In this document: positions 1 to 8,868 of the stretch, one piece after another | Numbering within the stretch: position 1 is the first letter of the stretch | Layout of the letters: every line of letters begins with the position of its first letter | IMG/VR virus record: IMGVR_UViG_3300037790_000136 | Span: 1 to 42,189 of that record | DNA: 42,189 nt | Reading direction: 5' to 3' (one strand) | From: a virus | Taxonomy: Duplodnaviria > Caudoviricetes | Notes under the pieces: model-generated | The model's database searches: none | What the model was told of the DNA's origin: nothing | What the model saw: the letters and a program-made list of their open reading frames with translations, nothing else | Translations under genes and position numbers: made by a program

Positions 1-2484
1 GAATGTGACGGTGCCCACACGAATGTTCTGCAGCACCAGATCGCCCGCATCTGAACCAAAAACTGCAATCGGTGTGCCGTCAGGCTTCAGAATACGGAAT
101 TGATCCGAGAAGAAATTCCAGAACGCCTCGGTTGCCGTGATGTCGAGCGATGCGCCGCCATCACGATAGGTGCCGCCCGAGGTGGCCTTGCCGTAGATGC
201 TGAAGCGGGCCAGCACGCCCGACGGGGCTGCTGTCGCCTCCCACTTGATCAAGCCCCCTGCGCTGGCCTGGCCAGCCACTGCCTCAACCGCGGTGACATC
301 AGACGCCAATGCCGTGACGTCACCATCCAGAGCGGATACTGACGCTTGTGTTGCGCTTATGGCGCTGGCGTTGGCACTGATGTCTGTCTCGACATCGGTG
401 AGTGACGCCTCCAGATTGGTAATGTCGGCCGCCAGAGCGCCCGTTTCCGAAGCCCGGGTGATGATCTCGCTCTTGACCGTCGCCTCGGCAGTGCCGACGC
501 GGGTTTGAACCCGGCCCAGCGTCAACCGGTTCGAGAGCCCTGCGCCCGAAACCGTATCGGCCAGATCTGTCACCAGCGCACGCAGGCTATTGTGATCGGC
601 CCGCATACTCTCAAGCGTGCCGGCGACGTCTTGCGCTACCTCTCCGAGGATCACCTGCAGCGGCACGGTCGCCTCCGCCGTGGTCACCCAGGACGTGAAC
701 GTCTTCAGCCGGTCAGGCCGGATTGTGACCGTGGCGCGCGCCTCGTATTGCGTCGAGGATTGCACGCCCTCGCTCACGATCAGCGCGCCGGAGGGCACGT
801 CGGTGGCCGTTGCGGTCAACACCGGAGCGCTCGTGCCCGCCTTGCGGTACTCGATCCGAACCGCCGTGATGGTCGGGTCCTGAGGATCGTCCCACGTGAA
901 TTCAAGCGCCGGGATCTGCGCGCCATTGGTCCCGGTGATCAGCCCGGCAGCGACATTGAAATTTGCAACGGTGGAGATCAGCGAAGGATTGGCAGGAGAC
1001 GATCCGGGCACGACCACTGGCCCCGCGTCGATACCTTCCTCGTCATAGATGTCCGACCCAGTCTCGGACAGTTCCAGCGTGAACTGGAACTGCTCGTCAA
1101 AACCCCATTTGGTGATCAGCCAGTCGATGCCGTCATAGGTGACCCAGTCGCCCGGCTGCACCCGCGCGCCCACCTTGCGCGAGACGGGAAGCGATCGTTG
1201 CTTTGCCTTCCGGTTCTGGCGATATCGGATGTTGAGCAGATATTGCGCAATGTCAGGGTCGGTCACCTGCAGAAAGTCATTGCCCTTTGGCCGCTTGCGG
1301 CCGTCCGCAGCAATATCGGCGTTCACACTGACCGTCGTCAGGCTTTCCGGGTTCCACTGGCTTTCGATCGAGGTGAACTGACCGGACAGAATGTTGACCC
1401 CGTCAAAGCCGGAGCGCCGGTTCTTGCTCTTGCGCGGGGCATCTGCGCGAATGTCCGCGTCGGTGATTTCCAGAACCGGCGTCTGCGCTGCCCCGGCCAA
1501 CACCCCGTCGAGGCCAGCACGGTTGACGGCATAGCCAGCCATGGCATCTTCGAAGGTCTGAAGAACTGCAATGTGATCGTCTTCTGCGGAAACCCACTGG
1601 TTGCAGTGATAGGTCGGGATGGTGTTCCCGCCGACTGTCCGCTCGGCATCGCAGACATTCGCCGCCACCATGTGCATGGCAACATCGATCTGGTTGATTG
1701 ACTTGCCGACACCCACCAGCACGTCGCCCGACAGCGCGCCGCGAAGCCCGAGATGGAAGTTCAGCCGGTGAATTGCCGGATTGAGCGTATGTTCCCATGT
1801 CGAGGGGTCATCCAGGCGATGGTCGCCCTCGCCGCCCGAAACCGTGTCATCAAGGCGCGGATCGTACCAGCAATTGCCGCGCAAAACGAATTCGAACTCC
1901 GGGCGGCCCTTGCCGAAAAGCGATGCAGACCAGGTGCGTGAAACCACGACATAGGCATGCCCGGCAACCGTGCTTGTGGACTTCCATGGGTTGCCAAGCG
2001 CCGACGTCGCGGAAACCAGTTCGCTATCTGCAAGCTGCCCCGGCCGCCCGTCATAGAACTTGATCACCAGGGCCGCGCCGAAACCATCAACGGTGTATCG
2101 GGCATGCTCGTTGCCGACCGGCGTCTGACTGATCAGGTCATATTTCTCGCCGTAGAAATAGATGTAGGGTTCTAGCCCGTCGCATCGCCCGTTGGCGAGC
2201 ACGAACACTTCGTCATTGTTCTGGTTGCCCGCGCCCCATTTCGCGTAATAGATCCTATGTCCCTTGGTCTTGCCGGTACCGAAAAGCACTTGCGCGGCGA
2301 TATCGCCGCCAAGCTGCACCTGGCCCTGAACTGCCGTCGAGAGCGTCTTTTTCGGACGGTTGAGGTAAGACAGCGCGAGCTGAGTGCCCAGCGCCAGCGC
2401 GCCGCCGATCAGCGAAGCTGCAAGCGCAGACCCGCCAAATAGCGCACCTGCGATTGCCCCGCCAATGATCGTGAAAATCGCCAT
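1..2484 (-). CDS. Tail tip / host-specificity protein (lambda gpJ-like central fibre), 3' end truncated by window edge
   Basis: Absent from the ORF track because it has no stop in the window. Manual translation from ATG 2484: MAIFTIIGGAIAGALFGG...YDPRLDDTVSGGEGDHRLDDPSTWEHTLNPA..., then an FNIII-like segment, a heptad-rich segment (ALAADITNLEASLTDVETDISANASAIS) and ...FGSDAGDLVLQNIRVGTVTF at the edge; at least 828 codons. Confidence 0.88.
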   Translation of the reverse strand, partial: MAIFTIIGGAIAGALFGGSALAASLIGGALALGTQLALSYLNRPKKTLSTAVQGQVQLGGDIAAQVLFGTGKTKGHRIYYAKWGAGNQNNDEVFVLANGRCDGLEPYIYFYGEKYDLISQTPVGNEHARYTVDGFGAALVIKFYDGRPGQLADSELVSATSALGNPWKSTSTVAGHAYVVVSRTWSASLFGKGRPEFEFVLRGNCWYDPRLDDTVSGGEGDHRLDDPSTWEHTLNPAIHRLNFHLGLRGALSGDVLVGVGKSINQIDVAMHMVAANVCDAERTVGGNTIPTYHCNQWVSAEDDHIAVLQTFEDAMAGYAVNRAGLDGVLAGAAQTPVLEITDADIRADAPRKSKNRRSGFDGVNILSGQFTSIESQWNPESLTTVSVNADIAADGRKRPKGNDFLQVTDPDIAQYLLNIRYRQNRKAKQRSLPVSRKVGARVQPGDWVTYDGIDWLITKWGFDEQFQFTLELSETGSDIYDEEGIDAGPVVVPGSSPANPSLISTVANFNVAAGLITGTNGAQIPALEFTWDDPQDPTITAVRIEYRKAGTSAPVLTATATDVPSGALIVSEGVQSSTQYEARATVTIRPDRLKTFTSWVTTAEATVPLQVILGEVAQDVAGTLESMRADHNSLRALVTDLADTVSGAGLSNRLTLGRVQTRVGTAEATVKSEIITRASETGALAADITNLEASLTDVETDISANASAISATQASVSALDGDVTALASDVTAVEAVAGQASAGGLIKWEATAAPSGVLARFSIYGKATSGGTYRDGGASLDITATEAFWNFFSDQFRILKPDGTPIAVFGSDAGDLVLQNIRVGTVTF

Positions 2485-2490
2485 GCTTGA

Positions 2491-2883
2491 TCAGACCTTG
2501 AACGCGGCTTTCGCCATGTGAAGCGGCCATGTCACCGGCCCGCCTTCGGTGATCGACATCCATGCCTGCCCGCCATGGACGGCTACGTGCTCGGCGCCGT
2601 CGATCTCGACCACCGCCAGATCCCCAAGCGCCGCACGGCCCCAGGCAATGGGCTTGACCAGTTCGGCGTAGAAGGTCACCAGCGACGTGTGCTTGCGCTT
2701 CCTCAGCGCCCGCTGCGCGCCCTTCAGTGTCTTGTAGGCACCGGCATAGGTCTTGACGTGCGACGTGCCTTGCAGCGCATCGATAACCTTGAGCCCGAGA
2801 AAGAAGCAATCGTTCACGCCATAGGCATAGGGCTCCGCCCGCGCGGTCTTGATAATCTCCGAGACAACCGCCGCCCTGTTCAT
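2491..2883 (-). CDS. NlpC/P60-like tail assembly protein (gpK-like, DUF6950-type)
   Basis: PYAYGVNDCF Cys motif, GDLAVV...HVAV His motif; lies between hub and tip genes; ATG 2883 overlaps upstream stop (ATGA). Confidence 0.8.
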   Translation of the reverse strand: MNRAAVVSEIIKTARAEPYAYGVNDCFFLGLKVIDALQGTSHVKTYAGAYKTLKGAQRALRKRKHTSLVTFYAELVKPIAWGRAALGDLAVVEIDGAEHVAVHGGQAWMSITEGGPVTWPLHMAKAAFKV

Positions 2884-3488
2884 CGCTGGCCCCATTCCTC
2901 GGGCCATGTCGGCGACGTGGCCACATATTCGAACGCCGTGTCGGTCGCGGAATTGTGCCGTGCCTGATCCTCGGCCGAGCGCTTCACATAAGTCTGGTCA
3001 CGGTAGCGCCGCGACAGCGTTTCAAGCTCGATGTCGAGTGTCACGGTCGCGATGCCGTTTTCATCGATGGCACCGGTCAGGAACTCGACGTCATTGATCT
3101 CATAGAAATGCGTGACCAGAACGCCCCGAACCTCGTCGGTCTCAGGATCTCCGCAAAGGTAGGACACGGTGACAGCCGCGTTGATGTAATCGTAGCTCTC
3201 GATGGCCGCTATTGCGTCATCCGCATTATTGGTCGGCACGTCGGAGAACGAAATCATCACGCTGGAGATCTGGTTTCCGAGCGCGGCCATGAGGCCATCC
3301 GAATTCAGGAACCGGTTCGGCAGGTACTCTTGTCCGGAATAGGTGAACGGCCTTCCGCCGATGTGATAGCCCACGGTCTTGTCCGGCGTTTCGCCTTTCC
3401 CCGGCAATTCGATCTTGATCAGCGGAATGACCTTGATCGCCCCGCTGTCGACTTGGTTGGCAACATCCGTGTCAAGCGATACGGGCAT
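2880..3488 (-). CDS. Minor tail / tail hub protein (gpL-like)
   Basis: Position between Dit-like and NlpC-like genes; C-terminal KRSAEDQ...DTAFEYVA...WG pattern; start chosen at MPVSLD. Confidence 0.7.
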   Translation of the reverse strand: MPVSLDTDVANQVDSGAIKVIPLIKIELPGKGETPDKTVGYHIGGRPFTYSGQEYLPNRFLNSDGLMAALGNQISSVMISFSDVPTNNADDAIAAIESYDYINAAVTVSYLCGDPETDEVRGVLVTHFYEINDVEFLTGAIDENGIATVTLDIELETLSRRYRDQTYVKRSAEDQARHNSATDTAFEYVATSPTWPEEWGQR

Positions 3489-3545
3489 GACTGGAAACCT
3501 CTCTGGATGAGAGTTGAAACGCGACAATCGTCTTCGGATTTGGCC

Positions 3546-3797
3546 TTAGAAAAGCCTCAGAGTGCCTGCCCCCAGATCGAGGACACTCCTGCCATCAGGG
3601 CTGGAGATACTACCTAAAGTGACCGAATGAACCACGGGCGCATTGATGTAGAGGTTCCCGTCATCACCTAAAGAAAAGGGATCGTAGGCGATGCCATCGA
3701 CCGACGGCAGCGCCTTTCCTTCAATCCCACTCAAGGAAGCCGCCACGGCAACAGATGGTGCCATTCCGAGCAGGGCAAGAAATGATCGTCTCTTCAT
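3546..3797 (-). CDS. Small protein with twin-arginine (Tat) signal, inserted in tail operon
   Basis: GGAGA RBS before ATG 3797; MKRRSFLALLGMAPSVAVAA has RRxFL, a hydrophobic stretch and AxA; 83 aa. Confidence 0.7.
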   Translation of the reverse strand: MKRRSFLALLGMAPSVAVAASLSGIEGKALPSVDGIAYDPFSLGDDGNLYINAPVVHSVTLGSISSPDGRSVLDLGAGTLRLF

Positions 3798-3833
3798 TGG
3801 TTTGTCTCCATAGGTTGAGAGCAGAGGCATGGT

Positions 3834-4484
3834 TCAGAAAAACACCTCTGTTGCCGAAAACGAGGCCGTGCGCGATCCCCATGCCTTAGGCATCGACCAG
3901 CCCGGATCGAGCAGCATCAGGCAGGACGGCTTTTCGAACTGGATTGTCGAATTCGCTGCCGTGAACACAGTTGTGTTGAGCGGGAAATCGATGGTGAGCG
4001 TGACCACGCCCGATCCATTGGCCGTCGCATCCGCCATCGCCATGTGAAGCGAGCGCACCGTCGAGGACTTGTTGATCTCGACCAGGCACCCCCGATTGAC
4101 CGCAAACGATGCCGGCAAGCCCGAAACCACAATGGTCCGGCTGTCCGTCACGGTGTCGAGAACCGCAGATCCGGTAAAGCTCCCGCCCCCTGCCTTCGTG
4201 CCCGAGAGCGGTGTCGATCCATATGCGCGAGGACGCTTCCGATAATAGTCGTGGCAGGCAAACACGTTGCCCCCCTTGGACGCCTCCGCAAAGAACGCAC
4301 TGACATCATCGATATGGGAATTGGTCAATTCAGCTGCTTGCGCAGCGTAGAGCCGCCAATAAGGCGTTCCGAAATCCGCAGTCTCAGTCGAACGGCCAAG
4401 CATCGCATTGCTGACCCTCGTATTGACCGGGCGCATGTCGAATTCAGCAAACGTCAGTTCGGGAAGCGTGAGAACGGCCATCAC
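3834..4484 (-). CDS. Distal tail protein (Dit-like)
   Basis: Directly after tape measure gene, overlapping its stop; beta-rich 216 aa; GTPYWR motif typical of this position. Confidence 0.7.
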   Translation of the reverse strand: MMAVLTLPELTFAEFDMRPVNTRVSNAMLGRSTETADFGTPYWRLYAAQAAELTNSHIDDVSAFFAEASKGGNVFACHDYYRKRPRAYGSTPLSGTKAGGGSFTGSAVLDTVTDSRTIVVSGLPASFAVNRGCLVEINKSSTVRSLHMAMADATANGSGVVTLTIDFPLNTTVFTAANSTIQFEKPSCLMLLDPGWSMPKAWGSRTASFSATEVFF

Positions 4485-6340
4485 AAATTCCCCACCCGGT
4501 TGTTGCGCTCATAGGTCTTGGCAAACTTTCCTTCGATCTCCGCCTTGGTTTCCGCAGCCTGTTGACGGATCGCGGACTTGATTTCCTCCGAAGAGACCGC
4601 TCCGGAGATGTGAAAGTGCTGCTCAACCTTGACTGATTGGCTAGTGGAGCCCTGCCCTCTTGAATGATCAATCACGGTTTCTTGCGGGTGCATCATGGCG
4701 AGAAATCCGCCTTTGCCGTCCAAGCCGCCGGAACGCGATCCGGAGCCGGTGTAACCGCCACCATCCATTGAGGGGAGCCCAATGAACGAACCGAAGGTCG
4801 TGTTTGGCTTGAACCCGCCACCGAGCAAACCACCGAACAGCGATCCAAAAATCCCACCTCCGCCGCCTTGGGCGAAAGGACCGGAGCCGAACAAAGCCGC
4901 TTCAAGCGCCGCCTTGGCGATGGACTTGGCGAGGTCCTCGAAGACATCGGCAAGGTTCTCGCCCTCGACAATCGCGTCAAGAATGCCGTTCTTCAGATCT
5001 TCGCTGATCTCGTTGAAGAACTGACCCGCCTCGCTGGCGTTGCGGTATTCTTCATCAATCTTGGCTACGGCGCGTGAATAGGTCTCGGCCGACAGATACC
5101 CCATTTCGTGCAGCTGCTGGAGATCGTCGATCTCGTCAGCATAGCGCTCAGCGGCGGAGCGTGTTTCCTCGTAGATCCTGGCGGCTTCGCGCATTTCGTC
5201 GGTGATGGTGTCTGTGGGCCGGGATGATCGCGACCGGGCCGCCCTCGGCTTTCTGGCGGGCTTCTCAGGATCGGGGAAATACCGTCCCGACCAGTAAGGA
5301 TCGTCCTCGAAATCGCGGGGATCACCTCGCACACCGTCGCCGCCCCAATTCATTCCGCCTGACAGTGAAGCCATACGGGCCATTTGGTCAGCAGTCGCAG
5401 CCGCGTTGCCTGCGGCCGCGCCCAAGGATTCCGCGAACCTAGCCGCGTCAAGCGCAGCGTTCAGGGCAGCCTTTTGCGCCTCCCTGAGTTCAGGTGGAAG
5501 ATCGGCCCCTTCTTCTGTAGCTCTTGCCAACTCGTCGGCGAGAGCTTCAGCGGCGTTCGCCACTTCCAATGGGCCATTTGCTTCCCGCATGTCTTCAAGC
5601 GCGTCACTGATCCGTGTCGCCTGAATGAGGGTCAAGCCGAACTGGTTTTCCAGAACCTGGACTTCGGACGCGATGGCCTGAACCGCGTCTGCCTGCTCGT
5701 AGTAGAGCGAAGCGAGATTGTAGCGATCAATGGATTCGGAAATGCCGTCCAGAGATCCCGCAATTGCCTCGCGAGTGGCTTCAAGAGATTCCTGAAACTC
5801 CAATTCGCGGATCTGGCGCATGATTTCATAGAGCCGCTGCGCCTGCTCAGCCTGAAGCCCAAACTCTTCGCGGAGATCGAGCATGGACAGCTTCGTGTTC
5901 TCGACCGTCTCCGCGTATGCCTTCAGGGATCCGCCGAGATCGCTGATCAGGTCGTCAAGTTCTTCGGCCCCCTCGCCCGATGAAATCATGTTGGCGATCA
6001 GAGGAAGCAGTGCACCGGCAGCAACACCGGCCGCGATTCCAATTGTCCCAAAGCCAAGCGTCAAATCCGGCAACTGAATTGCAAGCGCCTGCACCCAATT
6101 GCCTGTTGCGCTGGCCTGCTGAGCGACCTGCGAAAGCTGCATAGCCATCATGCGGGACTGCTGCCCGGCATAAATCGACTGCTTGCCGACCGCCTGATAT
6201 CCTTTGGCAAGTCCGCCGGTCGCCTTATTGGATCGCTGTTCCGTCCTTTCCGCCGTCGAGGCGAGACTATCGAGCGCAGCTTCGCCGGATTTCAGGCCAC
6301 GGCTATCTGCGGCAAGGACAAGGGTTGCAAAGTCAGACAA
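4481..6340 (-). CDS. Tail tape measure protein
   Basis: About 620 aa, Ala/Glu-rich and helical; N-terminal QLSQVAQQ...ALAIQLPDL lambda-type TMP motif; Gly-rich C-terminus GGGYTGSGSRSGGLDGKGGFLAMMHPQE; probable TTG start 6340 (track extends to 6358). Confidence 0.92.
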   Translation of the reverse strand: MSDFATLVLAADSRGLKSGEAALDSLASTAERTEQRSNKATGGLAKGYQAVGKQSIYAGQQSRMMAMQLSQVAQQASATGNWVQALAIQLPDLTLGFGTIGIAAGVAAGALLPLIANMISSGEGAEELDDLISDLGGSLKAYAETVENTKLSMLDLREEFGLQAEQAQRLYEIMRQIRELEFQESLEATREAIAGSLDGISESIDRYNLASLYYEQADAVQAIASEVQVLENQFGLTLIQATRISDALEDMREANGPLEVANAAEALADELARATEEGADLPPELREAQKAALNAALDAARFAESLGAAAGNAAATADQMARMASLSGGMNWGGDGVRGDPRDFEDDPYWSGRYFPDPEKPARKPRAARSRSSRPTDTITDEMREAARIYEETRSAAERYADEIDDLQQLHEMGYLSAETYSRAVAKIDEEYRNASEAGQFFNEISEDLKNGILDAIVEGENLADVFEDLAKSIAKAALEAALFGSGPFAQGGGGGIFGSLFGGLLGGGFKPNTTFGSFIGLPSMDGGGYTGSGSRSGGLDGKGGFLAMMHPQETVIDHSRGQGSTSQSVKVEQHFHISGAVSSEEIKSAIRQQAAETKAEIEGKFAKTYERNNRVGNL

Positions 6341-6392
6341 TGGACATTTCCCATCCAAGATGGTTCATTGCTGCCCCGAAACGAGGTGACAG

Positions 6393-6833
6393 ATGAACGT
6401 TTTCCTGAAATTCATGGTTGGACTGACATGCGCCGCAGTGCTGGCCTATGTCGGGTATTTCTTCTATGGCGAGCGCCAAGCAACAATTGAGGCAAAGCGC
6501 CAACAAGAGATTGCTGATCGCCTCCGCGACCAACGCATTGAACGTGAACAGGCCCGTAAAGCAGCCATAGCCGCCGAGAGATCGCGACTAGAAGCCATCA
6601 GCGAGTTCGGATGCATTCGATCCGCAAACGCCGCTGTCGAAGCGCTTGATGATGGCAGCAGCGTTGACAGTGAAGCCCGATCCGACCTCAAGATTTGCGC
6701 CAAGTATCGGCTGATCACGAACTATCAGATATCGCGGCTTCTCGATGTCGGCGTTCTCGATCCGAAAGACCCTGTTCTGAGCGAGGAAGACGCCGCAAAG
6801 CAAATCGAAGCAGCGGGCGTCTCACTGCTCTGA
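6393..6833 (+). CDS. Membrane-anchored hypothetical protein (moron) on strand opposite the tail operon
   Basis: GAGGTG RBS; N-terminal TM segment (FMVGLTCAAVLAYVGYFF), coiled coil, two Cys; fills the chaperone-TMP gap. Confidence 0.75.
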   Translation: MNVFLKFMVGLTCAAVLAYVGYFFYGERQATIEAKRQQEIADRLRDQRIEREQARKAAIAAERSRLEAISEFGCIRSANAAVEALDDGSSVDSEARSDLKICAKYRLITNYQISRLLDVGVLDPKDPVLSEEDAAKQIEAAGVSLL

Positions 6834-7193
6834 TCCCCGCTCAATTGGCGGAATGCTCAACGGCTCTTTGCCCGTATTCAGCCCTGACAGATAAGCCTTG
6901 CACATGGCCCGCAGTGTCCGCGCTTCCCATGGTTCCGGCCTGACCCCGTTGGCTATCATAAAGGCCATGATTTCCGACCAGTCCGGGATGCTAAGACCCA
7001 TCCCGTTCGATCGAACCGGGCCAAGTTGATGCATCCAGTTGACCAGGTATTGCCCGGCATCGACTTCAACCAATGGCGGGGCCAGCCCGGCCGCAATGTA
7101 CCTCTGCGCCCGGCTTGTTTTTTCGTGCTCGATTGTCGCGGAAAGCCAGCCAGTCTGTTCCGCCGCAAGGACTAGCTGGCTTTCGAGTTTCCC
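6822..7193 (-). CDS. Tail assembly chaperone gpT part (expressed by -1 frameshift as gpGT)
   Basis: The -1 frame from the slippery site reads GKLESQLVLAAEQTGWLSATIEHEK...PPLVEVDAGQYLVNWMHQLG and is continuous with track ORF 6822..7073; PDWSEIMAF...PWEARTLRAMCKAY motif. Confidence 0.85.
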   Translation of the reverse strand, partial: GKLESQLVLAAEQTGWLSATIEHEKTSRAQRYIAAGLAPPLVEVDAGQYLVNWMHQLGPVRSNGMGLSIPDWSEIMAFMIANGVRPEPWEARTLRAMCKAYLSGLNTGKEPLSIPPIERGSEQ

Positions 7194-7633
7194 AAAATGG
7201 CGGCCCGGTCAGAAGCGAAAGCTCTGATCTGTTCCGCAAACGTCAACTGGCCTCGCTGCCCGGTGATCACCTGAAGGTTCAGAAACCACTCGACATCATC
7301 CGGGACCTTAGCCGGCCGATCCCCTCGACTGATGTTTTCGAACCCGACGATCAGAGGGGATATTTCGTTCACAATGTTCCGGTGGATCTCCGAAACCGTC
7401 AGCGGGTTATCAGGGTCACGCTTTTCGCTCACGCGGGCTCGCTGAGACGCAAGGATGGCTTTCTGACCCGCTTCCCCCTCAATACCCAATACGAGCACCT
7501 TGCAAGGCTTGTCGAGGTCTGGCGCGCCCTCCTCATCGATGTCGAAAATGGGCTTGCCGGTTCCAGGGTGCTTGAGATGCAGCGCGCGAGGTTTGTCGGA
7601 CGCTGCGCGGCTGTCGAACTGTGAGAAATCCAT
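7172..7633 (-). CDS. Tail assembly chaperone gpG
   Basis: Between tail tube and TMP; LHLKHPGTG motif; ends ...ILGNSKAS over a slippery heptamer. Confidence 0.85.
   Translation of the reverse strand: MDFSQFDSRAASDKPRALHLKHPGTGKPIFDIDEEGAPDLDKPCKVLVLGIEGEAGQKAILASQRARVSEKRDPDNPLTVSEIHRNIVNEISPLIVGFENISRGDRPAKVPDDVEWFLNLQVITGQRGQLTFAEQIRAFASDRAAILGNSKAS
7187..7193 (-). other. -1 programmed ribosomal frameshift site G GGA AAC
   Basis: X XXY YYZ heptamer in correct phase four codons before the gpG stop; -1 frame open into the downstream ORF. Confidence 0.88.
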
Positions 7634-7642
7634 GATCGGGCC

Positions 7643-8095
7643 TTACGATGGAGTCGCGACGACGACGGAAGGATAGTTTGAGCGTATATTCGCCGTGAAT
7701 CCGGCGTAGGCCGTAGTCGAGCGCTCATTCCGCAACCAGTCGTGGGGAAGGCCGGAGATGTACTCAACCTCGTCGGCCGCGGTCGGCTCCAGAACCTTGA
7801 ACGAGTATTCTGTGAAAGCCTCGCACGCTGTCTTGAGCGCAGCCTGACCAGCGTCAGACTTGATCTCACGCATGGCAACCGGGATCACGGTTCCGACGCG
7901 CGCGCCCTTGACGCTCTTGGTGAACCCTGTTTCGAGGTCCGGCACATCGATGATGCTATCGGTGACGCCGATCGATCCAACTGAAACGATCCCCTTTACC
8001 TGAACCCATGTGAGCGCCTCATATCCAGCCTTATCGAACGTGGCGGGGACGCCAGTGGCGATATAGAGTTTCGTGGTGATATCAGAAGTCGACAT
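7643..8095 (-). CDS. Major tail (tube) protein
   Basis: PATFDKAGYEALTW...KSVKG...DAGQAALKTA pattern of lambda-like tail tubes; lies upstream of chaperones. Confidence 0.85.
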   Translation of the reverse strand: MSTSDITTKLYIATGVPATFDKAGYEALTWVQVKGIVSVGSIGVTDSIIDVPDLETGFTKSVKGARVGTVIPVAMREIKSDAGQAALKTACEAFTEYSFKVLEPTAADEVEYISGLPHDWLRNERSTTAYAGFTANIRSNYPSVVVATPS

Positions 8096-8109
8096 TGCGA
8101 GCCCCTTTC

Positions 8110-8451
8110 TTAGAAGCGCAGAAGCGAGATGACGGCATCATCGGCGCCGGTCATGGTGATCGTGCCCTGGAGATAGGCCCGGATGGTGTCCAGCGGGATC
8201 GCCACCACCGCGCCGTTGGCAATGGATGCGAGGGTCAGGCCGCCGGACACATCGACATTCCCAAGGCCGGGAACCGGGAACGTGGACCCGCCATCGCCAT
8301 CGATAAGCGGCGTGATAGCGCCGCCGCTGGCGTTGCGGATCACAAGCACGTCGCCGGCCTGGTAGGTGAATGTGTCGGAAGCGCTGGCCGTGGTTTCCGC
8401 CACGACCCTTGCCCCCGAGCCCGTCATTGCGGTCGCGGTTATTGCAGCCAT
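8110..8451 (-). CDS. Virion structural protein (probable tail-associated/decoration)
   Basis: Ala/Thr/Gly-rich beta protein between tail terminator and tube genes. Confidence 0.55.
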   Translation of the reverse strand: MAAITATAMTGSGARVVAETTASASDTFTYQAGDVLVIRNASGGAITPLIDGDGGSTFPVPGLGNVDVSGGLTLASIANGAVVAIPLDTIRAYLQGTITMTGADDAVISLLRF

Positions 8452-8469
8452 TTCGATTGTCCTTTGTGG

Positions 8470-8868
8470 TTAGGAAGCCTCGTACTGGGCGATGACTGGC
8501 ACTCGCCAGTCGGCCCCGTCGGGAAAGCCCTCTTGGATGTCAGCCGGCTTTGTGAACACGATCTGCCCGCCCGTGACCGGGATCGCCTTGCCCATTGGGA
8601 ACAACTCGGCAAACGCATCGGCATGGCGGGTCGCTTCCTTGCTGCCCTTGCCTGTCGGAGTGACGATGGTTCCAATCACCCGACCAAGTGAGATGGTGTT
8701 TTCGCCGTTCAACGTGTCGTCGCGCCGGTTTACCCGCACGATCTGGACCACGATGTAAGGCTTTTCTCCGGGCGCATCTTGGTTTGGGAACCAGATCGGC
8801 AGCGTGAATGCAGCGCCTTCGATTTCGGCAAAGAGCGCAAGCTCGATATCAGCTTCCCGAGTTGCCAT
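8470..8868 (-). CDS. Tail terminator protein (DUF4128-like)
   Basis: IWFPN...PTGKG...ADAFAELFPMG...WRVPV pattern; position after gp10-like gene. Confidence 0.8.
   Translation of the reverse strand: MATREADIELALFAEIEGAAFTLPIWFPNQDAPGEKPYIVVQIVRVNRRDDTLNGENTISLGRVIGTIVTPTGKGSKEATRHADAFAELFPMGKAIPVTGGQIVFTKPADIQEGFPDGADWRVPVIAQYEAS

Noticed and set aside
505-1701. 398-aa + strand ORF, and similar long ones at 12257-13360, 13765-14928, 15292-16284, 25060-26235, 29588-30688 and 34000-34905
   Set aside because: Antisense shadows of well-supported - strand genes in high-GC, codon-biased DNA; no motifs or RBS
2340-2360. Suspected frameshift near the start of the tail-tip gene at an A run
   Set aside because: Recounting gives AAC CGT CCG AAA AAG ACG CTC TCG, which is in frame; the gene is missing from the track only because its stop is outside the window
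1-2484. Diversity-generating retroelement or invertible tail-fibre cassette
   Set aside because: No reverse transcriptase, invertase or nucleotide-level template/variable repeat pair seen; the resemblance to the 3546-3797 gene is at protein level only
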